DNA of 46,335 nucleotides from a bacterium (GTDB lineage Bacteria; Chlamydiota; Chlamydiia; Chlamydiales; 2-12-FULL-49-11): NCBI GenBank assembly GCA_021847505.1, contig JAJZEO010000040.1, positions 1 to 46,335 of the forward strand, read 5' to 3'. Shown piece by piece: positions 44,790 to 46,335 of this stretch (position 1 is its first letter; each line of letters starts with the position of its first letter). The notes under the pieces were generated by a model. It saw only the letters and a program-made list of their open reading frames with translations, ran no database searches and was not told where the DNA came from. The position numbers and the translations under genes were made by a program.

Positions 44790-45831
44790 CGACACTGAGC
44801 TCTGAGAGGGTGGGACAAGTGGCTTTTGCTTCTAATTCGTAAGAAAAGCTCCCTTCTTTGAGGGGCATGATTTTCTTTACGATGGCCACACAGAGCCCTT
44901 TGGGAAAAACTCCATCGAGGCCTGAGGTGATGAGGAGATCGCCTTTCTTGAGGATCATTTTGCTGGCCTGCTCATGGATGCGCATGGGGCCTCCCTCTTC
45001 ATCGGCAAATTCGTAGTTAAATCCGATTCCTTTGAGCAAATCACTTCTCTCTCTCCAAACTGGGTAGCTCGAGCCACGCAATTCCCCTTTGGCTAGATAG
45101 CGGGTTTCTCTAGTTTCAAGGAGATGGTCTTTGAAAATTTTCAACGTGGTAAGGATCACTTCTTTTTTTTCAATGTCATCCCTGAGCTCGATTTCCTCTG
45201 AAAGTTCGCTCGCAAGGTCGTAAAGGTGGTTATTAGCTTCTCCCCCTCGGACAGCACGCACAGCGGGAGTGAGCTTTGAATCAGTGATCAAACGAACATA
45301 AGACCTCGATTCTTCAACTTCTTCAACGACTCCTACAAGGCAGTCCCCCACAATCACAGGGCTATTTTTGGCAATGATACGCCTACCTAAGCGGCGATTT
45401 TCGGCCTCTCCCCTGTTGATCCAGATACCACTGCTCCAAAAGGCGGGATCGCGAAAGATCACCTTTGCTTCAACTGAATGGATCTGCATGGCAAGCATTT
45501 CAGTAAAATCGCGGATGCGTCTTTTGTAAAACCCTTCAAATCCTTTGTCATCACGCCACTCTGAAAGACGTTTGCAAAAGGCGTCAATCCTCTCTTCATC
45601 TTTTAGCCAATCTCGTACTTGGGAAATCTGCCCTCTAAGGGCTTCATTTTCGATGCGAAGTTGCATCAATTCTAGCTCTTCATCAGAGACCCCGCGAGCT
45701 GCGTACAATTTCGAGCCGAAAATAAACACGCCCCTTATTTTACGCATCGCCGTATCAGACAAATTGAGAAGAAAAAATAGAACGACACCCAGGGCAAAAT
45801 AACTGAAAACTTCTTTCTTTACCCCTCTCAT
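44767..45831 (-). CDS. mreC: Rod shape-determining protein MreC
   Basis: N-terminal TM, coiled coil (LRIENEAL), AKVIFRDP, INRG, LVGVV, VRLITD, GDLLITSGLDGVFPKGL. Confidence 0.9.
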   Translation of the reverse strand: MRGVKKEVFSYFALGVVLFFLLNLSDTAMRKIRGVFIFGSKLYAARGVSDEELELMQLRIENEALRGQISQVRDWLKDEERIDAFCKRLSEWRDDKGFEGFYKRRIRDFTEMLAMQIHSVEAKVIFRDPAFWSSGIWINRGEAENRRLGRRIIAKNSPVIVGDCLVGVVEEVEESRSYVRLITDSKLTPAVRAVRGGEANNHLYDLASELSEEIELRDDIEKKEVILTTLKIFKDHLLETRETRYLAKGELRGSSYPVWRERSDLLKGIGFNYEFADEEGGPMRIHEQASKMILKKGDLLITSGLDGVFPKGLCVAIVKKIMPLKEGSFSYELEAKATCPTLSELSVVRVCPPL

Positions 45832-46334
45832 ACTACTTTTTGAATCGCCTCCAATACCTTCATGAAATTGTCGTCATTGATGGCGGCGATGTTGATTCGG
45901 GCGTCTTTAGTCATGTAAATTCCGTGCTTCTCTTTCAGCTGGGTAATCTGGTCGGGGTTAAGTCCCAGTCGGCAGAAAAAACCGTGTCCGTTTGCTATAT
46001 AGCTGCAATCCCTGCCAGTGATGCGTGCAAACTGTTCAGCAAATTTCTTTCGGAAGTGGACCACACGTTTTCTCATTTCGTTCACTTCTTTCTCCCACAT
46101 CTCTCGTCTTCTGGGATTGGTTAAAACAGCTGTTGCAATCGATTCACCGTGCCTTGGAGGATTAGAATATTGGGTTCGGGTAATGATCTGCATGCGGCTT
46201 GTGATGTTTTCTTTGTATTCATTTGAGTGCATCACCACAAAAGCAGCTCCGACCCTTTCCCCATAAACCCCCATCGATTTGGAAAATGAATTGGCCACAA
46301 ACACCTCATGCCCTTCTCTCACAAAGAGTCGAAT
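45828..46334 (-). CDS. aspC: Aspartate/aromatic amino acid aminotransferase, 3' part (runs off window end)
   Basis: NSFSKSMGVYGERVG PLP-lysine motif, YSNPPRHG, ARINIAA; frame open to the window edge. Confidence 0.9.
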   Translation of the reverse strand: MRLFVREGHEVFVANSFSKSMGVYGERVGAAFVVMHSNEYKENITSRMQIITRTQYSNPPRHGESIATAVLTNPRRREMWEKEVNEMRKRVVHFRKKFAEQFARITGRDCSYIANGHGFFCRLGLNPDQITQLKEKHGIYMTKDARINIAAINDDNFMKVLEAIQKVV

Positions 46335-46335
46335 A

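Noticed and set aside
28-46266. Remaining short ORFs in the track nested in or antisense to called genes
   Set aside because: They overlap well-supported genes and show no recognisable motifs.

Overview
A gene-dense bacterial chromosomal segment. The sdhCAB-tatD/tol-pal-LysM, gspD-E-F-G and aspC-mreC gene orders point to an environmental member of Chlamydiota (from recalled chlamydial synteny, no search run). Core blocks are succinate dehydrogenase, TatD, Tol-Pal, an OmpR-family regulator, RsmD, a reduced type II secretion operon, a CopA-type ATPase, MutY, MreC and an aminotransferase. The strongest candidate for an undescribed system is at 18688-20327: an APH/choline-kinase-like gene divergent from a small gene with its own RBS and terminator that encodes a 22-aa leader plus 95 consecutive serines. 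Other notable items are a peptide with 14 Cys in its last 43 residues, a GxxExxY nuclease pseudogene cassette with 37-bp inverted repeats that sits between duplicated copies of the mutY 3' end, a large secreted MORN-repeat protein inside the T2SS operon, two tandem TagB/TagF-like genes, and an effector-like island (three ankyrin/kinase-like paralogs plus a CheD-like deamidase) behind a perfect-consensus sigma70 promoter. No rRNA, tRNA or CRISPR array was seen. All functional calls come from motif recognition by eye.
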